DNA of 64,000 nucleotides from Camelus dromedarius (lineage: Eukaryota), in the NCBI RefSeq assembly GCF_036321535.1, contig NC_087447.1, positions 33,482,001-33,546,000 of the forward strand. The letters are read 5' to 3'. A program made the translations under genes and the position numbers. Shown here one piece after another: positions 1-13,150 of the stretch. Numbering within the stretch: position 1 is the first letter of the stretch; the number at the start of each line of letters is the position of its first letter. The notes under the pieces are model-generated. The model was not told the DNA's origin, made no database searches, and worked only from the letters and a program-made list of their open reading frames with translations.

Positions 1-310
1 GAGGGAGACTCATTCCTTGCCTCTCTTGCTGTTGAGTATGGCCATGTGATGGAAATTCAGCCAATGGAATGTCAACAAAGTAATTGATATAAGCTGCTTC
101 CAGGATTGGCCCCAAACCTCCCAGATACAATCCTTCTCTTTCTGGATGCTGGAATGAAGGTCACGCCCAGGGAAACATGGAGCTCCACACGCTGAAGAGG
201 GCAGAATGACAAAGTAGATGGAGCTTGGATCTCTCAGCTTCCACTAGAATTTCCCAGGGGAGATGCCTTAGCAGAAATACTTGCATTAGTCTAGTACGTG
301 AGCAAACAGA
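1..310 (+). mobile_element. MaLR LTR fragment (MLT1-type)
   Basis: ggccatgtga...cagccaatggaatgt...gcttccagg core typical of MLT1 LTRs; old and diverged. Confidence 0.6.
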
Positions 311-1209
311 CATGGGACATCCCTAGTCAAAAATCTCAGTTAGAAAAGAGTCCCAGAAGTAAGTCCCAAAAATCCCTCTAAACCACAGAGAAAGCTTCCT
401 GCCACTTCATTTGGTAGCAATGAGCACTGGCAGTGTTGGTAGTTTTACAGTCGTCTCATTTGAATTTAATTCTTGAAATTACAAGAATGGAAACGTAATT
501 TTATTTCGACATTGGTCACCCAGACTCTTCAGATCATAGGACAATGTAAGGGGGTCCATGGAATTAGGCATTATACATTAATGCCACTGACAGTGACATT
601 TAGAGTCTCTCTTACAGACGACGGCACTGAGACTCAGATAACCTAAGCCATGGCTCCTCTCTATGCTCCCACCCCAAAACCAAGGCTACTTCTGGTCAAT
701 TCCAACGTAAATCTCTCAGAGGTATAATAGCTAAACCAACTCTCAGTGGGCAACAGAACCCGGTCTGATATTCCCCTCTCCTAGATGGATAACATACTAT
801 CCCGTCTGGAGAGCATTTAATGCAAAGAAGCACAGCCTCAGCAAAGGCTGGTTCCCTCTGCCTCCACTCAGCCACAAATATTCTCTAGAGATCCCTACTC
901 TGTCCCTCTCTTCTTGGCAAAGGTCATGTTCACAAAGCAAAGGCCAAGTTAAAGTGTCCCATTCAGATACCTACATGGGATCCAGCCACAGCACTGTCTT
1001 GCTTGGAGGGGTTTAAGGTGAGAACTTCCAGGGAAGCCAGCTTCCATAGCCAGCCTTTGGATGATTTTCCTGGAGTTGTATCAATCCCCGAACCAGCTCC
1101 TCACTCAGAGTTGTGCAATGAACGTGAATTCTCCATCTCTAGGAATTCACACTCATATGCCCAGGGAAGAGACCAGGACTCTCTTTGCAAAGATCTGAAA
1201 AACTAGTGG

Positions 1210-1650
1210 AGGCAGAGAATGCTGGCTGTCCCCCAGTGTGCACTCTCCTCTCCTTCCTTTAATAATAGTCTTATTGGGGTACGTGGCCACCCAGAATGGA
1301 AGCACATTCCCCACCTCACCTACAGGAAAGTGTGGCCATGTGATCAATTTCTGGCCACGCGGATGCAAGTGAAAGTCACATTAGAACATGAGGAGCAAAC
1401 GCCTTGCTTCAATCCTCCCTCATGGTGACATAGCATGGGGGGTGGGGGAGAAAACCATCATGAACCACGGGGCAGAGGGCAACATCCCAGAGGCTGCAGG
1501 GACACAATATTGAAGCACCTAGTCTCCTGATCCAGTGATGTCACATCAGCTCTGGACGAACTGCCCTCACCCTGCCGCATGGAAGACAATTAAATTTTCA
1601 CTTTGTTTAAACCACTGTTGGTCTTTGTTTCAGCAGCCAAGGCTGGATCT
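1210..1650 (+). mobile_element. MaLR LTR (MLT1H/I/J-like)
   Basis: gtgtggccatgtgatcaatttctggcc core and 3' end ttgtttaaaccactgttggtctttgtttcagcagcc. Confidence 0.65.
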
Positions 1651-2554
1651 TCATTAGATTCCTCCCAGGAGGTGCAGGGAGGTGTCTGGGGGATCTCCAG
1701 GGGCATCGGCTTGCCTTCCAGCCCTGGTTGGATGGCAGGTCCCTCTCTCTGTGAAGGCCAGAGAGGGCATAGGGCGTAGCTGGAAAGGCCTTGCAGTGAT
1801 TCCCACAGACCTGTCCATGGAAGGCTTGCGTTAGAACTGACAGGCAACATATGTAACACTGACGTTCCTGGAGCAAATTCCTAGGGATTCAGATTCAGGA
1901 TATTTGTAACAACTCCTAAAATCTGTATTTCAAAAGTTCACCACATCATTAAAATATTCAACCATGTCTTCTGTGGCCTGAAGCCCACGGGGATATGAGT
2001 GTGGTGCAGAAAAACCCTCAGTGTCTCCCCGGGACCCCTCCCACAGTGCCTGCTGCTTCTCCTCCCAGACTTTGAGTTTTCCTCCCTTTAGCGCAGTATG
2101 TTTGATTATGATTTGCGTCCCCAGGGCAAAGCCGTTCTCTCCAGCTTTCTGGGTCAAGCACCTCAGATGCACCCACAGGGCTGACCTTCCACACTGCTAT
2201 CTGGACCTGCGTTAAGCCTCCTTACCCTTCAGTGCCGACATGAGGACCTCCGTCATTCGTCAGCAGAAATCGCAAGTCCGAGCTCTTTCAGCCAAGTCGG
2301 GCACACAGACTCCCAGCTTTGTGACCACCACCAATCTCCCGGTTTCACCTGCCACCCTTACCCTCCCTCCCTGCCTTTCTAACTGCCTCTCCCTCTATCT
2401 AGAGAACTCTTTCACCCCTGGGCACCTACAGCCAACACCTACCCTTCAAGACTCAGCTCCAGCATCCACATCAAAGGCTATGAAGATGGTTACTACTCTC
2501 AACAGTGATTAACTGTCCAAGTCTCCTGGACAATCCAGCTTTCCAATTCTTTTG

Positions 2555-2790
2555 TATTATTATTTAAGTATAGTTGATTTACAATGTTGTATTAGTTTCT
2601 GATGTACAGCAGAGTATAACATATACATACATATATTCTTTTTCAGATTATTTTTCATTATAGGCTATTACAAGATATTGAGTATAGCTCCCGGTGCTCT
2701 ACAATAGGACCTTGTTGTTTATTTTAAATATAGTGGCTTGTATCTGCTAATCTCTAACTCCTAATTAATGCTCCCTGCCCCCTCCACCCA
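2555..2790 (-). mobile_element. L1 3' UTR fragment (artiodactyl-type)
   Basis: agtatagttgatttacaatgttgtattagtttctgatgtacagc...taggaccttgttgttt, the reverse complement of an L1 3' end. Confidence 0.85.
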
Positions 2791-3391
2791 GTTCTCATTT
2801 GAAACAGATGAATACCTGAGGTATCTCACTGTCCACATCTACAGACCCTGGGCAGACCTGCCCTAAGGGTGATTCTTGACCGAGCAAAAATGCTTCCTAT
2901 CCAAGAAAAAGGTTTTCATCAATTCAGTCAGCATATTAGGGGTTTATGCCATGTCACCCCTGCTAGGGTATGAGGAAAGAAGACAAAACTACCTTGTCGC
3001 TAATGGTCTGCATCTACCTGTACTGTCTTATTTCCTTCTGTGAGGGCTTAGGGTCCATTACTCAAGTGCTCTGAGCCCTGACCAAGCCAGTTAACTGAGC
3101 CATTCTCTTGACCTTCACCTCTTTGACTTCTGCATGTCCCCCTGGAGTCTGTCTTCCAACCCACTACTTTGCCTAGTAATCCGACCTGTATCTGTTCCCA
3201 GACCCCCTGCCCACAGTCCACTGTCAACTCATGGTGTGCTCCAGCCCCTCCCCAGCTTGACCTGGTTCTCTCAGTTCTGACTTGGGGGTCACCTATGGAG
3301 CCAGTCCAAACCTAACGAAACACAGTTGCTGACTCAGCGCTTTGACCCCGTTGGAATAAGACTCTTAAAAGAAAAAAACTGGTGCCTGTTG

Positions 3392-3650
3392 TCAATACTG
3401 TATCACATACTTTGAAACTTGCTAAGGGGGTAGATTCTTATGTTAAGTGTTCTTATCACACAAAATAAAATATTAATATTAATCAAGAGGGCAGGAGGGA
3501 ACTCTTGAAGGTGACAGGTATGTTTATATATAGGCGATGGTGATGGTTTCACGAGTGTATACTTATGTCCAAACACATCAAGTTGTTTACATCAAATATG
3601 TACAGCTTTTTGGATGTCCGTCATATTTTAATACAGTGATTTTTTTTCTG
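3392..3650 (+). mobile_element. Old L1 3' UTR fragment (L1MB/MC-like)
   Basis: caatactgtat...aaacttgctaag..gtagat...gatggtgatggtttcacgagtgtatac...aaatatgtacagc. Confidence 0.75.
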
Positions 3651-4595
3651 AAAAAGATGGAAAGAAAATAGAAAAGAAATGGACCTATTATTACTGCCTA
3701 CCCGGGGGGAGGATATATAGAGGGGCCTTCAGCTCATCTTTTGAGGGTATTTAAGAGCTCTCTGATGGCACATCCCCATTTGCTAAGCAAGTGTTCCCCA
3801 GTAACACACAAATGAACGAAAGCAGATTAAGCAGTGTGTGAATCGCTGTAGCATCCAGGCTGAGCCTGTTGGTATGTAAGTTACTGCTGCCCTTTTTAAA
3901 AATTTAATTACAGTGTTTGAACATTATCTCACTTTAAAGATCTAGCTACTGAGGCGCAATTAAAATTCTAAGTGTCAGAGTGAGAAAGAGCCCCAAGTGG
4001 AGACCTAACTTCATCCTGAGTTTTTCAACATATGAAAACAACTGGATACTTTACAATCATAGCAAGTCCTTTTGGAGATGGACATTACTGCCCTACAATC
4101 AATTCAAGATGCTTCACAGTCCCTTTGCCAGCATGGAAAACCCCTGTGTACTTCATGGAAGGAGCTAGTTGTAAGCTGACAACACTCACTGCAGAAGAAG
4201 GAATACATCCACCCCTTCCCCAACCTCATCATAATCGTATTTAAGCTCAGTCAGGCACTTGACACATCTTACTACAGTGTGGGAGCCTGAGAACAAGACG
4301 TTCAGTGGTAAACTCTCCCAGAAATGATGCTGGCTGGTAATTAGTATGACAGAGGCAGCCAGAGAAGGAAGGAGGAGGGAGGGAGTCATGCATCATGCCT
4401 TTGCTTTTGTTGTCATGCCCAGAAACACCCTTCATCCTTCCCTCCCTCCAGCTACCTCCCCAAACCCACACTCTCCACTGGCAAACTCTTACTCATACTT
4501 CAAAATCCCAGGTGAAATGCCACCTACTCACTAAAAGCCTCCCTTGACTTTTCCTGGGAGTCAATCATTTCCTTCTGTGTTTCAACAGAATTTTT

Positions 4596-5110
4596 CCCTC
4601 ATTTATTCATTCAATAAATATTGGTTGGGCACTGACAAGGTGTCAGCCACTGTTCAAGGCACTTGGGATACGGCAAAGAAGAAGACAACCAAGATTTCTG
4701 CATTTGAGTTGCTTACCTAACAGAAGAGAAGGGGAAACAAGTAAATCTATGCTGTGTAAGATGATGATCAAGTGTATAAAACATAAAGCAGGGTCACAGG
4801 GACAGAGCACAGCAAGGGCAAGGAGGGAGGAGTGAAGCCCGTGGGACGACATTCCAGGACAAGGGAAACACATACAAAAGCCTGAGGCCAGGGGGAGCTG
4901 GACATGTTCATGAAACAGCAGGGGGACCACTGTGGCTGAGCTGGGTGATCACGTAGAAGGGCAGGAGATGAGACCAGAGGGGCAGGCAGGGCCCAGACCC
5001 TACAGAGACTTGGAGCCATGGTAAACCCTTCGGATTTTATCCTGAATCAGTGCAGAAGCACCTGAAAGATGCTGAGCAAAGGAGCAATGTGACGGGACTC
5101 ACCCTTTCAG
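4596..5110 (-). mobile_element. L2 3' portion
   Basis: cattcaataaatattggttgggcact (L2 tail on minus) followed by GA-rich L2 body. Confidence 0.75.
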
Positions 5111-5910
5111 AAACTTTACCCAGAGTGCTATAATTGTTGACGGGTCTGTCTCCCCAAAGGCGCACCTCAACCTCCCCATCACCTAACACAGCACTCGGTT
5201 CCCGAAAGGTAGTTAGTAACTCTTCAGAGAGGGAAGAGGAGCGCAGAACAAGCAGAAGGCTCTGAACTGGCTGTGGGCACACATGGGTGCCCAGCACTGG
5301 CCCTCCTCCACCATCTTTCTCAGGAAGGGATCAGCCTCCTCAACTCTGTATGTACCCACAGTTACCTTACGTGGTCCTTCTTCAGAAACAACCCTGTTCT
5401 CCAAACACAGAAATAAGCAATTATTCCATTCTTCTCAAAACAACAGATCATCAAATTCACTACTGAAAAAGGGTGCTCAAAATCCCTGTAGCCAGAATTC
5501 CTGGGCCATCAAAACGGCATTCAATTCTGTCATAGGGTTCAAGTTCCACTGCTGTTACCATCTGCATTGAGAACCACATCTCACCCTCCAAGAACACCCA
5601 GCCACTATACATCTTCCTCAACAGCACACTTGGAAAGAGCTCAAGGGATGAGGCAGATTATCTCTCCATCCCGGAGGTGCCATGCAGCCATAGTAAATAA
5701 CTCTCAGAGTCCCCAAGGCACTCTGAAAGATGAAAAATGAAGTTATTTTGAGCCCCTGAAGTTGCTGTATTTCTATTTCAGAGCTTTTGCAAAGAAGTGG
5801 GGAAAATAGTCCTATAAATTCTCACGGCTTTCCTCAAGTTTAAAGCATCTGAATTTTACCCACAAATCTGCCCATTTCTGGGATCCACACTGGCTTACAG
5901 GAGGGAAATT

Positions 5911-6126
5911 TAACAACAGACACACATTACTATATGTAAAATAGATAAACAACAAGGACCGACTGTATAGCACAGGGAACTATATTCAATTTCTTATAAC
6001 ATATAATGGAAAAGAATCTGAAAATATCCATGTGTATGTGTATGTATAACTGAATCACTCTGCTGTACACCTGAAACTAACACTGTAAATCAACTACACG
6101 TCAATAAAAATTTTTTTTAAAAAAGC
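5911..6126 (+). mobile_element. 5'-truncated L1 3' end
   Basis: atagataaacaacaaggacc..ctgtatagcacagggaactatattcaa...gctgtacacctgaaactaacac...caataaaa plus tail. Probable TSD gggaaatt at 5903-5910 and 6127-6134. Confidence 0.88.
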
Positions 6127-6739
6127 GGGAAATTCGACATCGATCATGTCCATGAGTTGTACTTTCCCTTGACTAGACAAGTTCAGGAGTAACTGATGTT
6201 ACCCTGTTCTGAAACGTAATTTAAAAAGTCTCATCTGACAATTTTTGAGCAGACACTGTAGTTGGCGGGCCCCTCTTCCAGCCTCTGAACCTTGACAGGT
6301 GGACACAGCCCCAGGCATGGTCCTCAGTATACCACCAGAGCCTGGCCAGGCACCCGACACCTTCAAAGCATTTGAATAACAGCCTTTCTCAGCAGACACC
6401 TCGTGGCCAGCCACGGGAAGATGAAGTGTAGGCACCGATGACTAATGAGGCATTGCAGCTGGGTTCAGCCCCATCAAGCCTCCAGTGGCCTCTTACTGCC
6501 AATTCCCTGACACCCTCGCCTATTTCACTGTGTTCAGAGTTCTAAGGCTTTCCGAGACTGCCAGGCTGCTTCTTTCTGGACAGACAGCCTAGAGTGGCCC
6601 TGAATCAATGCTGTACATGCAGCAATTCCCAGTGTTTGTTACCATGCTAGTTCAACTGAATGATATTGAATGATACTCCCCAAATCACTGCATGATACAA
6701 GTTTGGAAAAAGCAACAATAAGCAAGTTGAAGGAGCCAA

Positions 6740-6955
6740 GACAACACACTGGTTAAGAAAACATGGCAAAGAGCCAGGTACCATAGATTTGACTCCCAAC
6801 TCCATCATTTTACTGGCTGGGTGACCCTCAACAAGGCAACCAGCAATCTACGCTTGTTTCCTCGTCCATGAAATGGGGGTGATAATAGAACCTACTTCAT
6901 CGTTCTGTAAGGATTCAATGCAGTGATGCATTTGAAGTGTTTAATATAGAGCCTC
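6740..6955 (+). mobile_element. MIR SINE
   Basis: MIR core: tactggctgggtgaccctc...gtttcctcgtccatgaaatgggggtgataatagaacctacttc. Confidence 0.75.
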
Positions 6956-7374
6956 GGACTTTACTGCATGATTTCAAAGAGCCTTTGATATGCTAATATT
7001 TATCATGATTCTCCAAGAATGACAGTTATGTGTCATCTTTCTCAAGTTTGTTTCACCACATAACTCTTGTTTCATGAGACGATCTTAAAGATCCAGTGGT
7101 CCCTGGACACTCTGTGGGAGAACTACCATGTGCCAGTCAATGACGTGTGTACTGAGTCAGGCTGGAATTCTATCCATCTCAACACATCCAACTCAACAAA
7201 ACTGTATTTACATTTTTTTAGATTCTGCATATGAGCAATCTCATATGCAACTCAACAAAACTAATTAGCCACATGAATGAATGCTGCAGAGAAAAGACAA
7301 AAAATAGTATTTAAAGCTAATACATTGGTCAAAATCCTAAAGCATCCTTCTGGGTGTTATTTCCAATTTTTCAG

Positions 7375-7545
7375 ACTTGGCTTTGTAGTCTAGCTCTGCC
7401 ATTTCCTATCTGCATAACCTTGGGCACATTACTCACCCTCTCTGAGCAGCAGTTCCTGACCTCAGGGATGGAAAAATAACACCTATATTGGTTGTGATGA
7501 GGACAAAATGAGATAATGATGGTCAAATATCTAGCACATTCTAGA
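7375..7545 (+). mobile_element. MIR SINE
   Basis: ctagctctgccatttcctatctgcataaccttgggcacattactcaccctctctgagc...gttgtgatgaggacaaaatgagataatg. Confidence 0.75.
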
Positions 7546-8729
7546 TAATCAGTTTGCCCCCCGCCCTGTTCATTATGTCTCAGAAGTGCAAATTCACTCT
7601 GAAAGCTGTCACCATTGAAAGGAGGTCAGACGAACAGCCCTGGTTTCGAGCCCAAGTGCTTCTGAGAATGATGCTAAAGTCAACACAATCAAATGAATTC
7701 ATTTGCTCTTTTAAAGAAATACATCATCATGTTTTGAACGCTGGGAACAACTACGAAGTATTCCCACCTCTGGCTGGTTTGAGCAAGATAAAACACAAGA
7801 CACGGAGTAGACAATCCCCAGAAGGAGATCAATTATTCCATACTCCCAAAGCTGAGAGCCAAGCACCCAGAATCAACTCGGGGCCAAACGTCAGGAGACA
7901 AACGGTCCAGCAATGGTTGTTTCCCCTGTTGCCTTTAAACTCATCGTGCAATCTCCTGTTTCTACAGAGCCAGTTCTCCTAAACCAGTGATGATCGTGCA
8001 GTCCAGATCTTCAAGGACAGTTATCCTAGGATAATTTTTTGTCCTATTGCCCAACATAATCATTAGCACATCTCAAGGATTCCACCATTTCAACAAATAA
8101 CCATATCTTCCCAACTAAGAATTACCCCTGAAGTCAGCCTAAAATGCTGTATGTTCTCAAACTGACTTTAGAGAATGTGGTCACCATGGCCATAGGAAAA
8201 TGGAATGCCCTTGAGGTGATCTGTGGACAATAACCTAATGCAGCTTCAGAAATAAATCCTGTTTGGAAGGCCTCCTGTGTGGAACCCATGTGCCTTTTAA
8301 CTAGCTCCAACTCCTTGCCCTCGAATTCCTTTCTCCCTTTCAATTTGAAGAGCACCTATGACTCCCTGAACTGGCCCACTCTTTTAATGAGCAACCAAAG
8401 TGCCACCAGCATGGTAACCCACCCCATTCACAGCCAGCTAAGAACCATCTCGAAAGCCACCATCCCAGTGCCCCACTTTCCTGGTTATAAACACCCCACC
8501 AGAACTCCAACCCCAACAGAAAGTGGCCACCAAGTCCCCTGGCTACAGGGCCCAGAGGCATCAATCTCACAGGACTGCAATAAAGGCTATCAACCTGAAA
8601 TGCCTCTCGTGAAACAGCAGCCCTTTAAGTCTCTAAGTTTTCTATTTTTAATAAAAGCATGGGTACAAGAAGTTCACTTTTCTCCTAACTGTACATTAAG
8701 TTACAAAAAAAAAAAAAAACCAGCAACCA

Positions 8730-8970
8730 ACCCAGGGTCTCACAGGGACAGGGAGACCATCAGGAGAGCTGGGGACTGTAGCCATCTGAAAAACGCACGT
8801 CCTCCTTTTCATGAGAGGCTGGATTTGTAGGCCAAATCTCCCAATTTTTTTAGGTTGCCAATGATCTCATGATTTTGAATAAATTTTAATGGAAAAATAA
8901 TACTGTGGGGGCCACTATGATGTGAGTCAAATAAAGCACTCTCGAAAGGCAACTCTAAGCCTTCACTTTC
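8730..8970 (+). mobile_element. hAT DNA transposon relic (MER102-like)
   Basis: ggggactgtagccatctg...aaatctcccaattttttt..gttgcca...tactgtgggggcca resembles MER102; very diverged. Confidence 0.4.
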
Positions 8971-9649
8971 AGCCGTCATCTGACAAGATCAAGTCCAGTT
9001 CATCAACAGGCCCTGCGTCTCACGGGGAGCCCACCTGCATCGCTGTGCCAGCTCTTTGTTGTCCTGCCCTGCATGCTACACTCCAGCCCCAGGATCTCTT
9101 CACTGTCCCTCCTCCCATATACCACACATTCCACTCCTGTGCCACACTCACCTTCTTGGGGAGGAGACCCTCCACCTCTCAGGAAAGGCTACTATTGTCT
9201 GGAAGAACCTTGTTCCTGGTTGCTTCCAGATGAAATGATCATGTTTCAGATGGTAAACTACCAATTCACGCCTATCAGACCATGATCATCAGCAACGAAC
9301 TCAGTTTAAGGAGTCGGGGGAATCTCAAAAAAAAAAAATTCTTTAAAAAAACAAACCCAGTTCATTTCTTCATTTTTCTCTACAAAAAGAAAAAAATGTA
9401 ATAGTTGTAGTTCACAAATTACAAAATTATTTTAACTGTCCAAGAAACAGTTTTCATGGACGGATAGACTTTCTCTGTATACAGCTGGTGCTCCATGAGT
9501 GATTTTTGGCCAGAAATGATATGGCCTGTGTAAACTTTACACTGTCATATTTTAAGCACTTCCTCTCATGCTGCAAAAATTTCATAGCAGCTGTTACTGC
9601 TAGCTTTCCCTCAATTAGAGCCACACCCTCTCCTCACCCTGTTTATAAA

Positions 9650-10060
9650 GCTCCAAACGTACCAGCTCTCCTGAGCATGCCAAGCTGGATTCAGCCACAG
9701 GACCTTTGTACTTACTGCCTCCTACGCATAGGACACTCATCTTTCCAAACTTCTCATAGCTGGCTTGCTCTTAAGATTCAGTTCCAGTTTCCCATCTTCA
9801 TAGAGCCTTCTCCAGCCTCACCTTCTCTAGCCTCTCCTCCACTGGCCTGTCACTCCTCCCTCTGCTTTAATTTCTTCCATGACATTAATAATTTTGTTTA
9901 ATTTTGTCAGTATTTACCATCTGACTTGCCCCCCCCCAGAATGCAAGCTCCCCGAGGTCAGGTCCCTCGCATGTCCTTCTCACCACTGCAGATTCCACCA
10001 GTGCCCTTGCCCAGAGTAGTGTCTGACACAGATTAGTATCGAAGGAATAATGAATACATT
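9650..10060 (+). mobile_element. L2 3' portion
   Basis: cacaggacctttgtacttactg...agaatgcaagctccccgagg..agg...gaataatgaat tail. Confidence 0.7.
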
Positions 10061-10860
10061 TCAATTTGACAGATAAGTAAACAGGTACAGGGAGGGGCCC
10101 ACCGAGGGTCTCCTGGACATCCCCTGAAAGAGCAGAGGCTTGAGCCCATGCCTTCTAACTGAGCCCAGCATCCCCACCAACATACCACCCTCATCAGTGC
10201 TTTGACAGTCTGGAGTGCCTCCCACCCAGAACTCAGCCAGCTGGGGGGTTAAATCTTTCAGCAGCGACAAGGCTCATCCCACATTTCTCTCCACCGAACC
10301 AAAGGAGTGAATACATATTACCCCAGCAGGCAAGTCTTTCACAACTACTAACTCCAAAGGAAGTCAAAGATGACAGTTAAAATTCTCTAGGCGAATCCCA
10401 TTGAACTTAAAACGATTTTATGCATAAATATTAATGAAATTGCAACTTCTTTACTAAGAAAGTAAAGGTTAATGGCTACATTCGCTGGTTTTCCATTTCT
10501 CAAACACTAAGCAATCCAAAAATCTAATATGCATATATACAAGCATGAACTATTTGCCCAAAACATTATCCTCTCTTGCTATGATACTTCTTATCCTCAA
10601 TTAAGGTTAAAAGTCACCCAAGCCATTTCATTTCTTCCAAAGACTCAAATTTTATTTAATTAACGTGTTCCTGGGGGAAAGAAAAAAAAAGCTCTTTTTC
10701 TGAACACGAGATCCTTCCACTCATTTATTTCTGTCTGAAAATTACTAGTTTCCCATACTCACCACGGCCTTTAAACTTTCCCTTGAATCTGTGTCGACAC
10801 TCTGCAAGGCATGAAAATAAAAATGATGGAAACCCAGACTCCAGGTGTCTTGCCTCCTAG

Positions 10861-10920
10861 CATTTAGAAGCCTGTCTGGATGATGTACATTTAGAAGCCT
10901 GTCCAGATGATGTACATTTA
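10861..10920. repeat. 27-bp tandem repeat, about 2.2 copies
   Basis: catttagaagcctgtctggatgatgta / catttagaagcctgtccagatgatgta / cattta. Confidence 0.9.
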
Positions 10921-11149
10921 ACTTCCAGCTACTGTTTCCTTCTTCAAGAAGCCTCCTTCCATATCTGGGTGATCCCATTTCCCAGAGACGAATATCTATC
11001 CATTATGACCCTTTTCAGTTTTTTCTGTTTTTGTTACTCAACTAAAAACGAGCAAAGGAAAACTTAAGGAACTAAGCTGTGTGACATGGACAACACAAGG
11101 ATTAAAAAAAAGTCACACACCATCTCATCCTGCCTGCTCAGGGCACAGT

Positions 11150-12195
11150 GCCTCCCAGTAGCCAGAGCCATCACCCTTGACCCCTGCCTCTCTGCCTACC
11201 CCCCAGTATCCCACATACAACTACCACCAGTTCACTACCTTCTGATTATCTTTTTAAATTATTACTGAAGTATAGGTGATTTACAGTGTTGTGTTTCTGG
11301 TGTACAGCATGGTGATTCAGTTATACGAATATTTTTTCATTATAGGTTATTATAAGATAATAAACGTAGTTCCCTGTGCTATACATTAGGACCTTGCTGC
11401 TTATCTATTTCACATATACTAGTTTATATATCCTAATCCCCAAATCCTAATTTATTCCCCCCTCCCCTTATTATCTCTTAAATCAATTGATTTCTCTCCA
11501 CCTGCACCACCATTATCCGACCTAGTCTGAGGCTCCATCCTCTCAAGAGTCTAGATTCCAGACAAAGGCAGCAAGCTCCAAAGTGGACCTCTGTCCCCAG
11601 TTTTACCTCCTCCATATCATCCTCCACTAAGCAGCCGGTGTGGTCTTTCTAAAACAGACACCTAATCATGCCACACCCATACTTTAAATCCCTCTCATGG
11701 CACCTCATTTCCCTTGAGTAAAGGCTAAGCCCCTAGGCAGCGTTTAGAAAGCCGTTCACCATCCAGCCTCTGGTCTGACTCTCTGGTTCACCTCTGGCCA
11801 CACCTCGCCCCTTCTTCCCCACCTATGCTCTGCCCACTCTCCAAAAGCACAGTCTCACTTCAGTTCTTCTAATGCACCTGATCACTCTCATCCCTTGCCC
11901 CTTCACTCACGTTGACCCACAACCCTCTTCCCTTCATCTCTCCTGAGTTTTACTTCTTTTGCTTCTTAAGCATAACCCTCAGGCGGAAGACTTTCCAGTT
12001 CCTTTTGGACAAAATGAGGTACTCTGCTCTCTGCTCCCTGTATCACTCCTATCAGAGCACTAACCATACTTTGCAGTGTTCCTTGAACCATCCATCTCCA
12101 TCCTGTGTCTCCATCCTTATGTGCATCACAATTGGGGCCCAGTATCTAGCACCACACATGCTGATAGACTGTCATCAATATTTCCTGAATGTTGT
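11150..12195 (+). mobile_element. L2 fragment interrupted by an L1 3' end
   Basis: CT-rich L2 body (ctccactaagcagccggtgtggtctttctaaaaca...) ending tcaatatttcctgaatg. Confidence 0.65.
11255..11470 (-). mobile_element. L1 3' UTR fragment
   Basis: actgaagtataggtgatttacagtgttgtgtttctggtgtacagcatggtgattcagtt...gttccctgtgctatac. Confidence 0.85.
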
Positions 12196-12286
12196 TGACA
12201 AGGGAGCTTACAGCCTATTAGGAGCACAGTTCTCAATCTAGAGCCTCTCCAGGTTTGCTGGGAATGGGGAGGCCTGCTTGTATACT

Positions 12287-12400
12287 TTTTTAAAATTAAA
12301 AAAAAAAATTTTAATGGAGGTACTGGGGATTGAACCCATGACCTTGCACATGCTATAAGCACACACTCTTCCACTGATCTATACCCCCACCTTATCCCAT
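12287..12400 (-). mobile_element. tRNA-derived SINE, camelid Vic-1-like
   Basis: Minus strand gggggtatagatcagtggaagagtgtgtgctt...gggttcaatccccagtacctcca plus AT tail, with pol III A/B boxes. Flanking direct repeat ttgtatact at 12278-12286 and 12401-12409. Confidence 0.85.
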
Positions 12401-12944
12401 TTGTATACTCTGAAAGCAGCACGATGAGATGTGCAGCAGGGCAAGACTCCAACTTGAACTTTGCTCCCTTCCTTCCAAAATGTAAGCAATTTAACAACTG
12501 AAATCACCTACTTTAAATTAATAAGATGTTTCATTGCTAGAAACATGCTGTTCCATCACCCATGGAAAAAGTTTTCTTGGGCAGGAGTCACCAAACCATG
12601 AAACACTTAGAATTGGCTCCCCCATCTCCTACACTCCATTCTGATCATCTTCAATAAATTACCTGAAAGTGCAAAATAACTTGAGTATTCACTTAAACCA
12701 TCCATAATCAAGAAGGTGAAACTGCTGCTTATAAATTACAGAATGCATTCCACTAGGTCAACCATTATTTTGGATGATCTGTAACAGTCTCTTGATGTCA
12801 GAACCCAAATACCATTTTAAACGGTGACAAGTTCCCAAGATCTACCTTTATCCCTTCTGAAGAATTTGGGAAGGTATTAAAAAATATCTAAAGAAGCCAT
12901 GAAGCGAGGATGGGAAATGGCACTGGTTGAGTGCCTGGAAACGT

Positions 12945-13150
12945 GAGGTGTTAGGAACCATTCATCTAAGCGTTCCTGTTGAATCCTCCCAATAACTCCA
13001 TGACACAGTCATCAATGACTTCACTGTCCATGAAATGACACTGAGGCGGAGGTAAATTTAAGCAACTGCAAAAGCTCATGCATCTGGTAATTGATAGAGC
13101 CAGGAATTGAACCCAGGTCTACCTGGCATCAAAGTAGAAAGTTCTTTCCA
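12945..13150 (-). mobile_element. MIR SINE
   Basis: aatcctcccaataactccatga...ctgaggc...agagccaggaattgaacccaggtct. Confidence 0.75.

Noticed and set aside
8279..8830. 183-aa ORF, and nearby TATAAA/AATAAA suggesting an LTR
   Set aside because: The ORF runs through a poly(A) tract into a DNA-transposon relic. I could not find TG...CA ends or a TSD for an LTR.
10861..10920. CRISPR-like or functional repeat array
   Set aside because: Simple 27-bp head-to-tail duplication without spacers, in mammalian DNA.
12313..12391. tRNA gene (also 60375-60450)
   Set aside because: A/B boxes are present but the stems are degenerate and AT-rich tails follow; these are tRNA-derived SINEs.
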